DNA of 62,828 nucleotides, from NCBI GenBank assembly GCA_947631495.1, contig CANRLO010000002.1, positions 1 through 62,828 of the forward strand, in the 5' to 3' direction. Positions 49,906 to 59,527 of this stretch are shown here, piece by piece. The translations under genes and the position numbers were made by a program. Numbering within the stretch: the stretch's first letter is position 1; every line of letters starts with the position of its first letter. Source of the stretch: an uncultured Clostridia bacterium (lineage in GTDB: Bacteria > Bacillota > Clostridia > TANB77 > CAG-508). The notes under the pieces are model-generated. The model saw only the letters and a program-made list of their open reading frames with translations. It was not told where the DNA came from and did no database searches.

Positions 49906-50905
49906 AACAACCCATATAGTAAAAGAAGAATTAATATTAAAAATATTTGTTATTGGCTACAGCCCAATGGGAGAAAGCATTGTAATATTGGTTATGGCAG
50001 ATAATATAGTGAAGTTTTCAGCAGTAATCGATTGCTTTGAAAGTTCAACTACAAACTTAACATTAGATATATTAAAAGAATATAATATAGAAGAATTAAA
50101 TTTAATATGCTTAACTCATCCCGATAAAGACCATTGCAAAGGGTTAGAAAAAGTATTAGAAAAAATTAATAGTAAAACTAAAATATTATATCCTACTAAT
50201 ATATTTAACGATTCTTATTATGATAGAGATGTGAAAATAGCAGTAGGTAAAATTGGAGAATTATTTGCATTAAGGAAAGATGATTCCAATAAGCCAATAT
50301 TAAAAGGATGTGCTGGTAACAATTTAATACAAACAATGGAATTTCAACATGAAACGAATGGTTATAGATATCCATTATATATCAATACATATTCTCCAGT
50401 ATCGGAGATTAATGATAGATATAGCGCTAAAAACTTCTTAAAAGGAGAGAATATCTATCATAATGCTCATAATAATTTATCTATAATGTCATCCTTATCG
50501 TTAGGAGATTTTAAAGTATTATTATGTAGTGATATTGAAAATGATAGTATAGATATTGTAAAAAGGGATTTAAATCAAGATGGTAGAGATTTTTTTTCTT
50601 ATGCAATTGATTTTTTTAAAATACCACATCATTGCTCAAATGGCTCAAAAAATATATTAAACTTACTAAAAAATATTCTTATTCCAACTTCTGTTACAAC
50701 AGTCTATCGAGTGGGAAATGTTAGCTTGCCAGATAAGCAAATGTTGGAACAATATAAAGCAAAATTAGATACAATATATTGTACAAGCAATATTAAAGAA
50801 AATGAAAATAAGTATGGCTATGGAATAGTAGAAGTTACGGTTAATATATTTAATCGTACTATCAAAATAGAAGATATGAAATATGATTCTGTTCAAATAA
50901 AATAA
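49883..50905 (+). CDS. MBL-fold (ComEC-type) metallo-hydrolase domain protein
   Basis: ICLTHPDKDHCKGL (HxHxDH-variant as in ComEC-like MBL domains) and FKIPHHCSNGS (cf. PHHGS). Confidence 0.55.
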   Translation: MSNIEEYKTTHIVKEELILKIFVIGYSPMGESIVILVMADNIVKFSAVIDCFESSTTNLTLDILKEYNIEELNLICLTHPDKDHCKGLEKVLEKINSKTKILYPTNIFNDSYYDRDVKIAVGKIGELFALRKDDSNKPILKGCAGNNLIQTMEFQHETNGYRYPLYINTYSPVSEINDRYSAKNFLKGENIYHNAHNNLSIMSSLSLGDFKVLLCSDIENDSIDIVKRDLNQDGRDFFSYAIDFFKIPHHCSNGSKNILNLLKNILIPTSVTTVYRVGNVSLPDKQMLEQYKAKLDTIYCTSNIKENENKYGYGIVEVTVNIFNRTIKIEDMKYDSVQIK

Positions 50906-50974
50906 ATTAATTCAAATTTTATTGACGTTTTCACAAACATAATATATACTGAAAAAAGAAATGGAGAAAAAAAT

Positions 50975-51823
50975 ATGGCAATAATTATGGATGGAAAAGC
51001 ACTTGCAAAAAAAATAAGGGAGCAAGTAAAAGAAGAAGTAGAAACATTAAAACAAAAAAATATAATTCCAAAATTAGCAGTAATCATGGTAGGAGAAGAC
51101 CCAGCATCAAAAGTATATGTAAGAAATAAAAGCAAAGCATGTAATGAAGTAGGCATTGCATATGAAGAATTTTTACTAAAAGAAAATACTACAATGGAAG
51201 AACTTTTAAAAGTAATAAAAGAATTAAATGAAAGAAAAGATATTCATGGAATTCTATTACAAAGTCCTATTCCAAAGCCTTTAGATATTTATACAGCCTT
51301 TGAAACAATTGATTATAGAAAAGATGTCGACGGCTTTCATCCAATTAATATTGGAAGACTAACACTAAAAAGACAAACTTTTATTTCGTGTACACCACAT
51401 GGAGTTATGAAATTACTAAAAGAATATAATATCAATTTGCAGGGGGCAAATGTAGTTATTTTAGGAAGAAGTAACATTGTAGGCAAACCACTAGCACAAT
51501 GCTTACTTAATGAAGATGCAACAGTTACTATCTGTCATTCAAAAACAAAAAATGTAGGAGAAATTACGAAAAATGCAGATATAGTCATTTCTGCCATTGG
51601 AAAACCAAAATTTGTAACAAAAGATATGGTAAAAGAAAATGCAGTTGTTATTGATGTTGGAATTAATAGATTAGAAACTGGTTTAGTAGGAGATGTCGAT
51701 TTTGAAGAAGTTGCAAAAAAAGCATCATATATCACACCAGTGCCAGGGGGAGTTGGTCCAATGACAATAGCAATGTTACTACATAATGTAGTTATTGCAG
51801 CAAAATATTTAGAAGAAAAATAA
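50975..51823 (+). CDS. folD: bifunctional methylenetetrahydrofolate dehydrogenase/cyclohydrolase
   Basis: IIMDGKALAKKIREQVKEEV start, VGEDPASKVYVRNK, GRSNIVGKP and PVPGGVGPMTIAML motifs. Confidence 0.92.
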   Translation: MAIIMDGKALAKKIREQVKEEVETLKQKNIIPKLAVIMVGEDPASKVYVRNKSKACNEVGIAYEEFLLKENTTMEELLKVIKELNERKDIHGILLQSPIPKPLDIYTAFETIDYRKDVDGFHPINIGRLTLKRQTFISCTPHGVMKLLKEYNINLQGANVVILGRSNIVGKPLAQCLLNEDATVTICHSKTKNVGEITKNADIVISAIGKPKFVTKDMVKENAVVIDVGINRLETGLVGDVDFEEVAKKASYITPVPGGVGPMTIAMLLHNVVIAAKYLEEK

Positions 51824-51993
51824 GTAATAATATATATAAACAAAGAGTAAAAGTATATATTAAGAAAAATAAAATTTATATAAAAGGGCTTAATTATTAA
51901 AATTAGGCTCTTTTTATATTTTAGGGACGGAGGAAAAAATATAAAAATTTATTACTATGTGACCTTCAAAGCAAAGTGAGAAAGGAATATAAA

Positions 51994-52866
51994 ATGGAAG
52001 ATTTAAAATATTGGATATGGTTATCAAAAATACCGGGATTAGGAAGTATCAAAACACAAAGGTTATTAAATATTTATCATAATCCTAAAGAAATTTGGAA
52101 AATCGAAAAAGAAGAATTAAAACATATAGAAGGTATAGGAGAAAAGCTAGCAGAGGAAATTTCAAAACAAGAATATAGAGAAAAATTAGATGAAATACAA
52201 GAAAAAATGAAAGAGGAAAAAATAGAACTAATTACTTTTCAAAATGAAGCTTATCCTAAAAATTTAAGACAATTATATGATAAACCAATTAGTTTATATG
52301 TAAAAGGAAATAAATCAATTTTAAATCAATTTTCACTAGCTATAATTGGTTGTAGGGAGAATTCTACTTATGGAAAAGAAGTAGCAACAGCAATAGGAAA
52401 AGGGTTAGCTAAAAGAGGTATTATAACAATTAGTGGCTTAGCACGAGGTATTGATAGTATATCTCATAAGGCAACTATAGAGGAAAATGGAAAAACAATT
52501 GCTGTTATAGGGAGTGGAATTGATTGCATTTATCCTGAAGAAAATACAAATCTAGCAAAAGAAATTGTAGAAAAAGGTGGTATTATAGTAAGTGAATATC
52601 CACCAGAAACAAAAGCAGAAAAAATGAATTTTCCTGCCCGAAATCGAATTATTAGCGCATTATCTTCTGGTGTTATTGTAATAGAGGCAAAAAAGAAAAG
52701 CGGTACCATGTCAACTGTAGATTTTGCTTTAGAACAAGGAAAAATGGTATTTTCTATTCCTGGAAATATTACGAATAAAAATGCAGAAGGAACAAATGAT
52801 TTAATTAAGCAAGGGGCAAAATGTGTTACTTGTATGCAAGATATTTTGGAAGAATATTATTTTTAA
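51994..52866 (+). CDS. dprA: DNA processing protein DprA (Smf)
   Basis: IIGCRENSTYG, SGLARGIDSISH and NFPARNRIISALS motifs. ATG 51994 has the better RBS. Confidence 0.85.
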   Translation: MEDLKYWIWLSKIPGLGSIKTQRLLNIYHNPKEIWKIEKEELKHIEGIGEKLAEEISKQEYREKLDEIQEKMKEEKIELITFQNEAYPKNLRQLYDKPISLYVKGNKSILNQFSLAIIGCRENSTYGKEVATAIGKGLAKRGIITISGLARGIDSISHKATIEENGKTIAVIGSGIDCIYPEENTNLAKEIVEKGGIIVSEYPPETKAEKMNFPARNRIISALSSGVIVIEAKKKSGTMSTVDFALEQGKMVFSIPGNITNKNAEGTNDLIKQGAKCVTCMQDILEEYYF

Positions 52867-52885
52867 AGAAAATTATGTAAAATAC

Positions 52886-52914
52886 TTGAAAATAAGAATA
52901 TAATATAGTATAAT
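52886..52914 (+). promoter_or_regulatory. consensus sigma-A promoter of the 34-nt repeat RNA
   Basis: TTGAAA (52886-52891), 17 bp, TATAAT (52909-52914). Confidence 0.55.
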
Positions 52915-52956
52915 CAATATACTAAGAAGGATGTTATAAAAAACATCAAAATGAGA

Positions 52957-53058
52957 GAGGTCCTGCTATAGTGGACGATTTAAAATTGGAGAGGTCTTGC
53001 CTTAGTAGACGATTAAAAATGAGAGAGGTCCTGCTTTAGTGGACAATTTAAAATAGGG
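52957..53058 (+). ncRNA. small RNA candidate made of three tandem 34-nt repeats
   Basis: The GAGGTC anchor occurs at 52957, 52991 and 53025 (period exactly 34). Unit is approximately GAGGTCCTGCTATAGTGGACGATTTAAAATTGGA. Flanked by a consensus promoter and a 12-bp-stem terminator. Confidence 0.55.
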
Positions 53059-53096
53059 GCTATTATACGGTTAACGTATAGTAGCCTTTATTTGTT
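53058..53096 (+). terminator. rho-independent terminator of the repeat RNA
   Basis: GGCTATTATACG pairs with CGTATAGTAGCC (one G-T pair), then TTTATTTGTTTG. Confidence 0.8.
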
Positions 53097-53204
53097 TGTA
53101 ATTTTCTACTATTAGAACAAAAATGTAAAGAATATCACACAAAAGGTTGCACAAAAAAATAAGGTTTGTTATAATGCAGGTAGAAATAAAATAGGAGAAA
53201 ACAA

Positions 53205-54506
53205 ATGCAAACCGAAAGTACAATAGAAGAAATAAAAGAAGATTCAAAAGAAGAAAAAGAATTACAAAGAAAAAAAGAAAATAATATAAAATTATATCCC
53301 ATTTACAAAACGCTTTCATGGGATTTATTATTCTATTATGCTATTATTTATCTATTCCTAACCATAGAAAAGGGATGTAGTGCAGCACAAGTATTAAAAT
53401 TAGATGCTTTTTATATTTTATTTAAATTTTGTATGCAAATACCATGCACTTTATTGATTCAAAAAATAGGTAAAAGAAAGAGTTTAATTGTTGCTAATCT
53501 TGTTTTAGCTATTCACATATTAATTATTATGTTTGCAATTGATTTCAATATGATAATTATATCTCAAATATTATGTGCTTTTTCTTTTATTGTTAAAGGT
53601 ACCTGCGAAACAGATATGTTATACGATTCTTTAGAACACGGAGAAAAAAGAGGAGTAATTTTTGCAAAAATAGATGGAAAAGCAACGTCAAAGTATTATT
53701 ATATTGATGCTATTTCTGCGGTACTTTCTGGATTTTTATTTGTCGTAAATCATTATATTCCAATGATACTATGTTTTGTAATTTTGCTTATATCCCTAGT
53801 TTTATCTCTTAAATTTGAAGAAGTTCATACAGAAAAAGGCAAAATGCAAATTAAGGAAGAAATTAAAAATATTAAATTTGGATTTAAGAGTATTTGGCAA
53901 TCAAAGAGATTAAAAAGCTTGCTTATTTTTAATGCTATTTTTATAGGAATTATTAAAATTTTGCAAAATATCAGAAATACTATTTTATTAGAAATAGGAG
54001 TACCAGAGCAATATTTTGGTATTATTATCGCTATTTTCGGAATTGTTTTAGGAATTACTGCTAAAAATCAAGGAAGAATCCATAAAAAATACCATAATAA
54101 AACTCTTACTGTTATATCTCTTCCATTTGTTATTTCTTTCATTATGGTAGGCACAATATTATTGTGCAATTTCAGCAAACCTGTTACTATTACACTTGTT
54201 TTAATTTTCTTTGCTATACAACATGCAGTAAGAGGACCATATTATGTACTAATAAAACAATATATGAATAATTTTACAAATAGCGAAAAACGAATTAAAA
54301 TTGCAACTGTAAACAATTTAATCGAAAATATTGTTGCTTCTATCCTAGTATTTGGTGCATCTTATATGGTAGATGTGTTACCAATAGCTTATACAACCAT
54401 AATAATAGGCTGTATATCAACTGTTTGCTTTATTCTATTATTAGATCATATGAGAGGAACAGTTGGTTTAAAACCAGAAGAATATAGTAAAAAAGAAATT
54501 TTATAA
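53205..54506 (+). CDS. MFS-type transporter
   Basis: 12-TM-like profile with a charged N-terminal tail; substrate not inferable. Confidence 0.6.
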   Translation: MQTESTIEEIKEDSKEEKELQRKKENNIKLYPIYKTLSWDLLFYYAIIYLFLTIEKGCSAAQVLKLDAFYILFKFCMQIPCTLLIQKIGKRKSLIVANLVLAIHILIIMFAIDFNMIIISQILCAFSFIVKGTCETDMLYDSLEHGEKRGVIFAKIDGKATSKYYYIDAISAVLSGFLFVVNHYIPMILCFVILLISLVLSLKFEEVHTEKGKMQIKEEIKNIKFGFKSIWQSKRLKSLLIFNAIFIGIIKILQNIRNTILLEIGVPEQYFGIIIAIFGIVLGITAKNQGRIHKKYHNKTLTVISLPFVISFIMVGTILLCNFSKPVTITLVLIFFAIQHAVRGPYYVLIKQYMNNFTNSEKRIKIATVNNLIENIVASILVFGASYMVDVLPIAYTTIIIGCISTVCFILLLDHMRGTVGLKPEEYSKKEIL

Positions 54507-54697
54507 AAGTAGAAAAATAAGAAAACATATACAATAAAAAATAAATTAAAATTTTATAAAAGTAGAAAAAAGGTTTGACAAATAAAGAAAGTTAATAGAT
54601 AATAAAACTATCAAAAGAAGAAAATTTTTCGTTGAAGAAAATCTAATTTTCAATTACGAAAAATTATGTTTTAAAGTTACAAAGGAGGAAAATAAAC

Positions 54698-57262
54698 ATG
54701 TACGTGTTTAATAAAATCACGGTTAATCCACAATTACCAAAAAGAATTGAAGAATTGGACAAAATTGCAAATAATTTATGGTGGTCTTGGAATACAGAAT
54801 TTTTAAGACTATTCAAACAAATAGATATAGATTTATGGGAAACAGTTGAAAAAAATCCAGTTAAATTTTTAAAACTAGTAGCACAAGAAAAATTAGAAGA
54901 AGCTTCTCAAAATCCAAGCTTTTTAAAAGCTTACGATAAAATGGTAGAAAATTTTGAAGCTTATCAAAATAGCAAATCAACGTGGTTTTCTAGAAATTAT
55001 CCAGAAAATAAAAACGATTTAATTGCATATTTTTCAGCAGAATATGGATTAGACCAAATCTTATCCATTTATTCTGGTGGACTTGGCATTTTATCTGGAG
55101 ACCATTTGAAATCTGCAAGTGATTTAGGTATTCCACTTGTTGCAGTTGGTTTGTTATATAAAAACGGGTACTTCCATCAAAAAATTAATGGTTATGGAGA
55201 CCAAGAAACTGAATATAGAAAATTAGATATTTCTCATCTTCCAATAAAACCAGTAAAAGATGTAGAGGGAAAAGATTTAATTCTTTCTTTAAAATTTCCA
55301 AAGAGAAAATTGTATTTAAAAGTATGGCAAATACAAGTAGGAAGAGTTAATTTGTATTTAATGGATTCAGATATTGAAGAAAATCATGAAGAATATAGAA
55401 ATGTAACCACAACCCTATATGGTGGCGACCAAGAAATGCGTATTAAGCAAGAAATGGTACTTGGAATGGCAGGAGTAAACTTACTAAAAAGTTTAGGATT
55501 AAATCCAACCGTTTACCATATGAACGAAGGACATTCTTCTTTCTTAATTATAGAATTAATCAAAAATGTAATGAAAGAAAAGCAAGTTTCCTTTGAAATG
55601 GCAAGAGATATTGTTTCTTCTAAAACAGTATTTACTACACATACGCCAGTTCCAGCAGGAAATGATATTTTTCCATTAGACTTAGTAGAAAAATATTTTA
55701 AAGAAGAATGGGAAGCCTTAGGAATTTCTAGAGAACAATTCTTTAAAATGGGAATGGAACCAGATCCAAAGCCAAATGCAGGCTTCAATATGGGAATTTT
55801 AGCCCTAAAAGTAGCAGGTAAGAAAAATGGTGTAAGCAAGCTTCATGGAGCAGTTTCCAGAGAATTATTTAATGATGTATGGCCAGAAATTGCAGCAGAT
55901 GAATCTCCAATTACGCATGTAACAAACGGAATTCACACATGTTCATGGCTTTGTCAAAATTTAAAAGAATTATATAATGAATATTTAATGCCATATTGGC
56001 AAGACCATATTTACCAAGATAGTACTTGGGAGAAAATTGAAGATATTCCAGATGAAAAATTGTGGAATGCACATATGGAAAGAAAACAAAAGCTAATGGA
56101 AGTAGCAAGGCAAAATATTACTGAAAGGCTTAGAAGAAGTGGCTATCGTTACGAAGAAATTAACGCAATTACTTCAAAATTAAATCCAAATACACTAACC
56201 ATTGGTTTTGCAAGAAGATTTGCAACTTATAAAAGAGCAACCTTATTATTCCGTGATTTAGAAAGAATTACACAAATTCTAAATAATGCAGATAGACCAG
56301 TACAAATTATCATTGCAGGAAAAGCACATCCAGCAGATAAAGAAGGACAAGATTTAATCAAATATATTCATGAAATATCTATGAAGCCACAATTTAAAGG
56401 AAAAGTATTCTTACTAGAAAATTACAATATTGCTATGTCTCGTTACTTAGTAAGTGGTGTTGATGTTTGGTTAAATACACCAAGACGCCCAATGGAGGCT
56501 TCTGGCACAAGTGGACAAAAAGCTTCTGTTAATGGTGCTGTAAATTTTAGTATTCTAGATGGTTGGTGGGCAGAAGGCTACAATCAAAAGAATGGTTGGG
56601 CAATTGGAACAAATGCTGAATATGAAAACTATGAAATACAAGATAATGCCGATAGCGAAAGCATTTATCAAATTTTAGAAAATAAAATTATACCAGCTTA
56701 TTATGAAAAAGACGAAAATGGTATTTCTAAAAAGTGGATGGAATACATGAAAAATTCTATCATGTCCACAGGTGGAAAATATAGCACAGCAAGAATGTTA
56801 GTAGATTACACAACACAATTATACATGCCACTTGCAAACCTTTACCATAAATATTATGAAAGTTTAGAAGAAGTAGCAAAATACAATAGCTTTAAACAAG
56901 AATTATATAACAACTGGGATGATATTCAAATTACAGAAGGAAACAATTTAGATAATATTGTTATGGATGCAGGAAACAACATTGAAGTAACGTGCAAAGT
57001 AAAACTTCCTCATATTATGCCAGAAAATATCGAAGCACAAGTATATTATGGAAAAATTAGAGAAAATGGGGTAGTAGAAAAAATTGCAGTAATTCCAATG
57101 GAATTAGTAGAAGGAAATGAAGAAGAAAGGACATATACTTATAAAGCAAAAATTGAACTTACTACTGGTGGAGATTATGGCTATACCTTCCGTGTAATGC
57201 CAAAACACGAAATGTTATTAGATTCTGAAAATTTGAATTTAGTAAAATGGATTGTGAAATAG
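54698..57262 (+). CDS. glgP: alpha-glucan phosphorylase (GT35, GlgP family, long archaeal/clostridial type)
   Basis: NNLWWSWN, YFSAEYG, GGLGILSGDH, TVFTTHTPVPAGND, EASGTSGQKA (PLP-Lys region); 854 aa. Confidence 0.88.
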   Translation: MYVFNKITVNPQLPKRIEELDKIANNLWWSWNTEFLRLFKQIDIDLWETVEKNPVKFLKLVAQEKLEEASQNPSFLKAYDKMVENFEAYQNSKSTWFSRNYPENKNDLIAYFSAEYGLDQILSIYSGGLGILSGDHLKSASDLGIPLVAVGLLYKNGYFHQKINGYGDQETEYRKLDISHLPIKPVKDVEGKDLILSLKFPKRKLYLKVWQIQVGRVNLYLMDSDIEENHEEYRNVTTTLYGGDQEMRIKQEMVLGMAGVNLLKSLGLNPTVYHMNEGHSSFLIIELIKNVMKEKQVSFEMARDIVSSKTVFTTHTPVPAGNDIFPLDLVEKYFKEEWEALGISREQFFKMGMEPDPKPNAGFNMGILALKVAGKKNGVSKLHGAVSRELFNDVWPEIAADESPITHVTNGIHTCSWLCQNLKELYNEYLMPYWQDHIYQDSTWEKIEDIPDEKLWNAHMERKQKLMEVARQNITERLRRSGYRYEEINAITSKLNPNTLTIGFARRFATYKRATLLFRDLERITQILNNADRPVQIIIAGKAHPADKEGQDLIKYIHEISMKPQFKGKVFLLENYNIAMSRYLVSGVDVWLNTPRRPMEASGTSGQKASVNGAVNFSILDGWWAEGYNQKNGWAIGTNAEYENYEIQDNADSESIYQILENKIIPAYYEKDENGISKKWMEYMKNSIMSTGGKYSTARMLVDYTTQLYMPLANLYHKYYESLEEVAKYNSFKQELYNNWDDIQITEGNNLDNIVMDAGNNIEVTCKVKLPHIMPENIEAQVYYGKIRENGVVEKIAVIPMELVEGNEEERTYTYKAKIELTTGGDYGYTFRVMPKHEMLLDSENLNLVKWIVK

Positions 57263-57340
57263 ACAAAAGCTAAATATCAATAATTATGATAGTAAAATAA
57301 AAAAGTTAAATATCAATATTGGTGGAAAACTTTAAAAGAA

Positions 57341-57369
57341 AAGCCTCAGGGAGTTTATCCCTGAGGCTT
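57341..57369. terminator. bidirectional terminator shared by glgP and the convergent small gene
   Basis: AAGCCTCAGGG pairs with CCCTGAGGCTT, with an A-run upstream and a T-run downstream. Confidence 0.8.
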
Positions 57370-57648
57370 TTCTGCCTGAGTAATTTCAAAATTATTCCCG
57401 AATGAATAGGTATGCCCAATAAGATTTACTGTTACATCAAGTTTAATGCGCTTCATTAATGCTTCCATTTGTTCCTGATAAAGCATAACATTATAAATCT
57501 TAAATACTTGAGGCAGTTCATCGGGATGAAGTTCGTTGTTAAATGCAATAGAAATTAACTGAATAAAAACTTCATTCTCATACAAACCTCTGTGTTCAGC
57601 ACGATTTTCATCGCGCAACTGTGCAAGTGTGTCATAAAGGTTACTCAT
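57355..57648 (-). CDS. hypothetical protein (97 aa)
   Basis: One of only two convincing minus-strand genes in the window (with 62284-62472). GGAGGG RBS before its ATG. Visibly less AT-rich than its neighbours. No domain recognised. Confidence 0.55.
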   Translation of the reverse strand: MSNLYDTLAQLRDENRAEHRGLYENEVFIQLISIAFNNELHPDELPQVFKIYNVMLYQEQMEALMKRIKLDVTVNLIGHTYSFGNNFEITQAEKPQG

Positions 57649-58015
57649 AATATTTTTCCCTCCTATAATTATAGTGTAAGGTTTTTGGTTACAAATAGCA
57701 TATTGCTAACAATAAAGTAATTTTATCATATCTTACATAAAAGCACAAGTGCCTTAGAAAAAAATATCAAAGAGAATTATAAATATAAATGTTTGTAGTA
57801 AAGTGTGACATATGTTTGAAAAACCTATATTGAGATTAAAAATAATTTAGAAATTGTTGTATTACAATTGATGTGAAACAAAGTTATAAAAATTGAATAA
57901 GTGATTAAAAATAAATTAGAAATACTATTGAAGCAAAAAAATAATAATGATATAATTTAAATCGGTTAGAATATAATAAAAAGAAAAAGAAAATGCTTAG
58001 GAGGAAATAAAAAAT

Positions 58016-59446
58016 ATGAGAAAAACAAAAATTGTATGCACAATTGGACCAGCAACAAAAGAAGTAGAAACATTAAAAAAACTAATTTTAGCAGGAATGA
58101 ATGTAGCAAGAATCAACTTTTCACATGGAAATTATGAGGACCAAAAAGGATATATAGAAGCAATAAAACAAGCAAGAGAAGAGTTAAACATGCCAGTTGC
58201 TTTACTTTTAGATACACAAGGGCCAGAAATAAGAACAGGAAAATTAGAGCAAATGCCAGTAGAATTAAAAGCACATGATATTTTCACTTTAGTTAATGAA
58301 GATATAATAGGAAATAAAGAAAGAGTAAGCATTAGCTATAAAGAACTATATAAAGACATAAAAGTAGGCACACAAATTTTAATAGATGATGGAAAAATAG
58401 AATTACAAGTAAAAGAAATTAGAGGTAAAGATGTAGTATGTGAAGTCATGAATGGAGGAATGCTTGGAAATAGAAAAAGCATTAACTTACCAGGAACTCA
58501 TGTAAACTTACCATCATTAAAAGAAAAAGACATTCAAGATTTAAAAGATGGATGCAAAGCAGACTTTGACTTTGTAGCAGCTTCATTTGTAAGGTCAAAA
58601 GAAGATGTAATAGCAATAAGAAAAGTACTAGACGAAAATGGTGGAAAAGAAATTAAAATTATTGCAAAAATAGAAAACCAAGAAGGAATTGACAACTTAG
58701 ATGAAATTATAGAAGTAAGCGACGGAATCATGGTAGCAAGAGGGGACTTAGGAGTAGAAATTCCATTTTACGAAGTACCAATCATGCAAAAAAGATTCAT
58801 ACAAAAATGCAATGATGCAGGAAAATTAGTAATTACAGCAACACAAATGCTAGACTCTATGACAGAAAATCCAAACCCAACAAGAGCAGAAGTAAGCGAC
58901 GTAGCAAATGCTATCTTTGACGTCACAGGAGCCATTATGCTATCTGGAGAAAGCGCAATGGGCAAATATCCTGTAAAATGCGTGGAAACAATGAATAATA
59001 TAGCACGTGCAGTAGAAGGTTACATTAAATATTGGAAAAGATTCACCAGAAGAGAACACGACTTAAGTGATTTAGATTATGAATTTAACCTAAACCATAG
59101 TGTAACAACAACAGCTATGGAAATGAAAGCAAAAGCAATCTTTGCATATACCGAAACAGGAAACACACCAAGAATGCTAGCAAGCTTCTTGCCAGCCTGT
59201 CCAATATATGCGCTAACCAATAATGAAAAAACTTATCGCCAATTAGCACTTGCATGGAACACAACACCAATCTTAATAAAAGGAAAAAATAAGCCAAACG
59301 ACATAATAGCAGAGGGGCTAGAAGAAGCAAAAAGACGTGGCTATGTACAAGAAGGAGACATCGTAGTACTAGCAGGTGGAGCCTCAATTCTAACTGACCA
59401 CGACGAAGCCATGAACAGAACTATTGGGGGAGTACTAAAAATTTAA
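58016..59446 (+). CDS. pyk: pyruvate kinase
   Basis: MRKTKIVCTIGPA start, NVARINFSHG, MVARGDLGVEIP; 476 aa without a PEP-utiliser extension. Confidence 0.93.
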   Translation: MRKTKIVCTIGPATKEVETLKKLILAGMNVARINFSHGNYEDQKGYIEAIKQAREELNMPVALLLDTQGPEIRTGKLEQMPVELKAHDIFTLVNEDIIGNKERVSISYKELYKDIKVGTQILIDDGKIELQVKEIRGKDVVCEVMNGGMLGNRKSINLPGTHVNLPSLKEKDIQDLKDGCKADFDFVAASFVRSKEDVIAIRKVLDENGGKEIKIIAKIENQEGIDNLDEIIEVSDGIMVARGDLGVEIPFYEVPIMQKRFIQKCNDAGKLVITATQMLDSMTENPNPTRAEVSDVANAIFDVTGAIMLSGESAMGKYPVKCVETMNNIARAVEGYIKYWKRFTRREHDLSDLDYEFNLNHSVTTTAMEMKAKAIFAYTETGNTPRMLASFLPACPIYALTNNEKTYRQLALAWNTTPILIKGKNKPNDIIAEGLEEAKRRGYVQEGDIVVLAGGASILTDHDEAMNRTIGGVLKI

Positions 59447-59452
59447 TTTTGG

Positions 59453-59527
59453 AAATTTTAGGGACGGGTCTAAAAATTTAAGACTCGTCCTTTTATTTAA
59501 ATTTTAGGGACGGGTCTAAAAATTTAA
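59453..59527. repeat. REP-like cluster upstream of the Y1 transposase gene (two direct 29-bp copies plus an inverted partial copy)
   Basis: AAATTTTAGGGACGGGTCTAAAAATTTAA at 59453-59481 and 59499-59527. GGACGGGTC pairs with GACTCGTCC, followed by TTTT, which also serves as the pyk terminator. Confidence 0.8.

Noticed and set aside
54617-54666. A 10-bp inverted repeat AATTTTTCGT ... ACGAAAAATT in the glgP leader was considered as a possible cre or operator site.
   Set aside because: It does not fit the cre consensus (WTGNAANCGNWWNCAW) and the 23-nt spacing is atypical for a dimeric operator. It may simply be a 5'-UTR hairpin. The evidence is insufficient.
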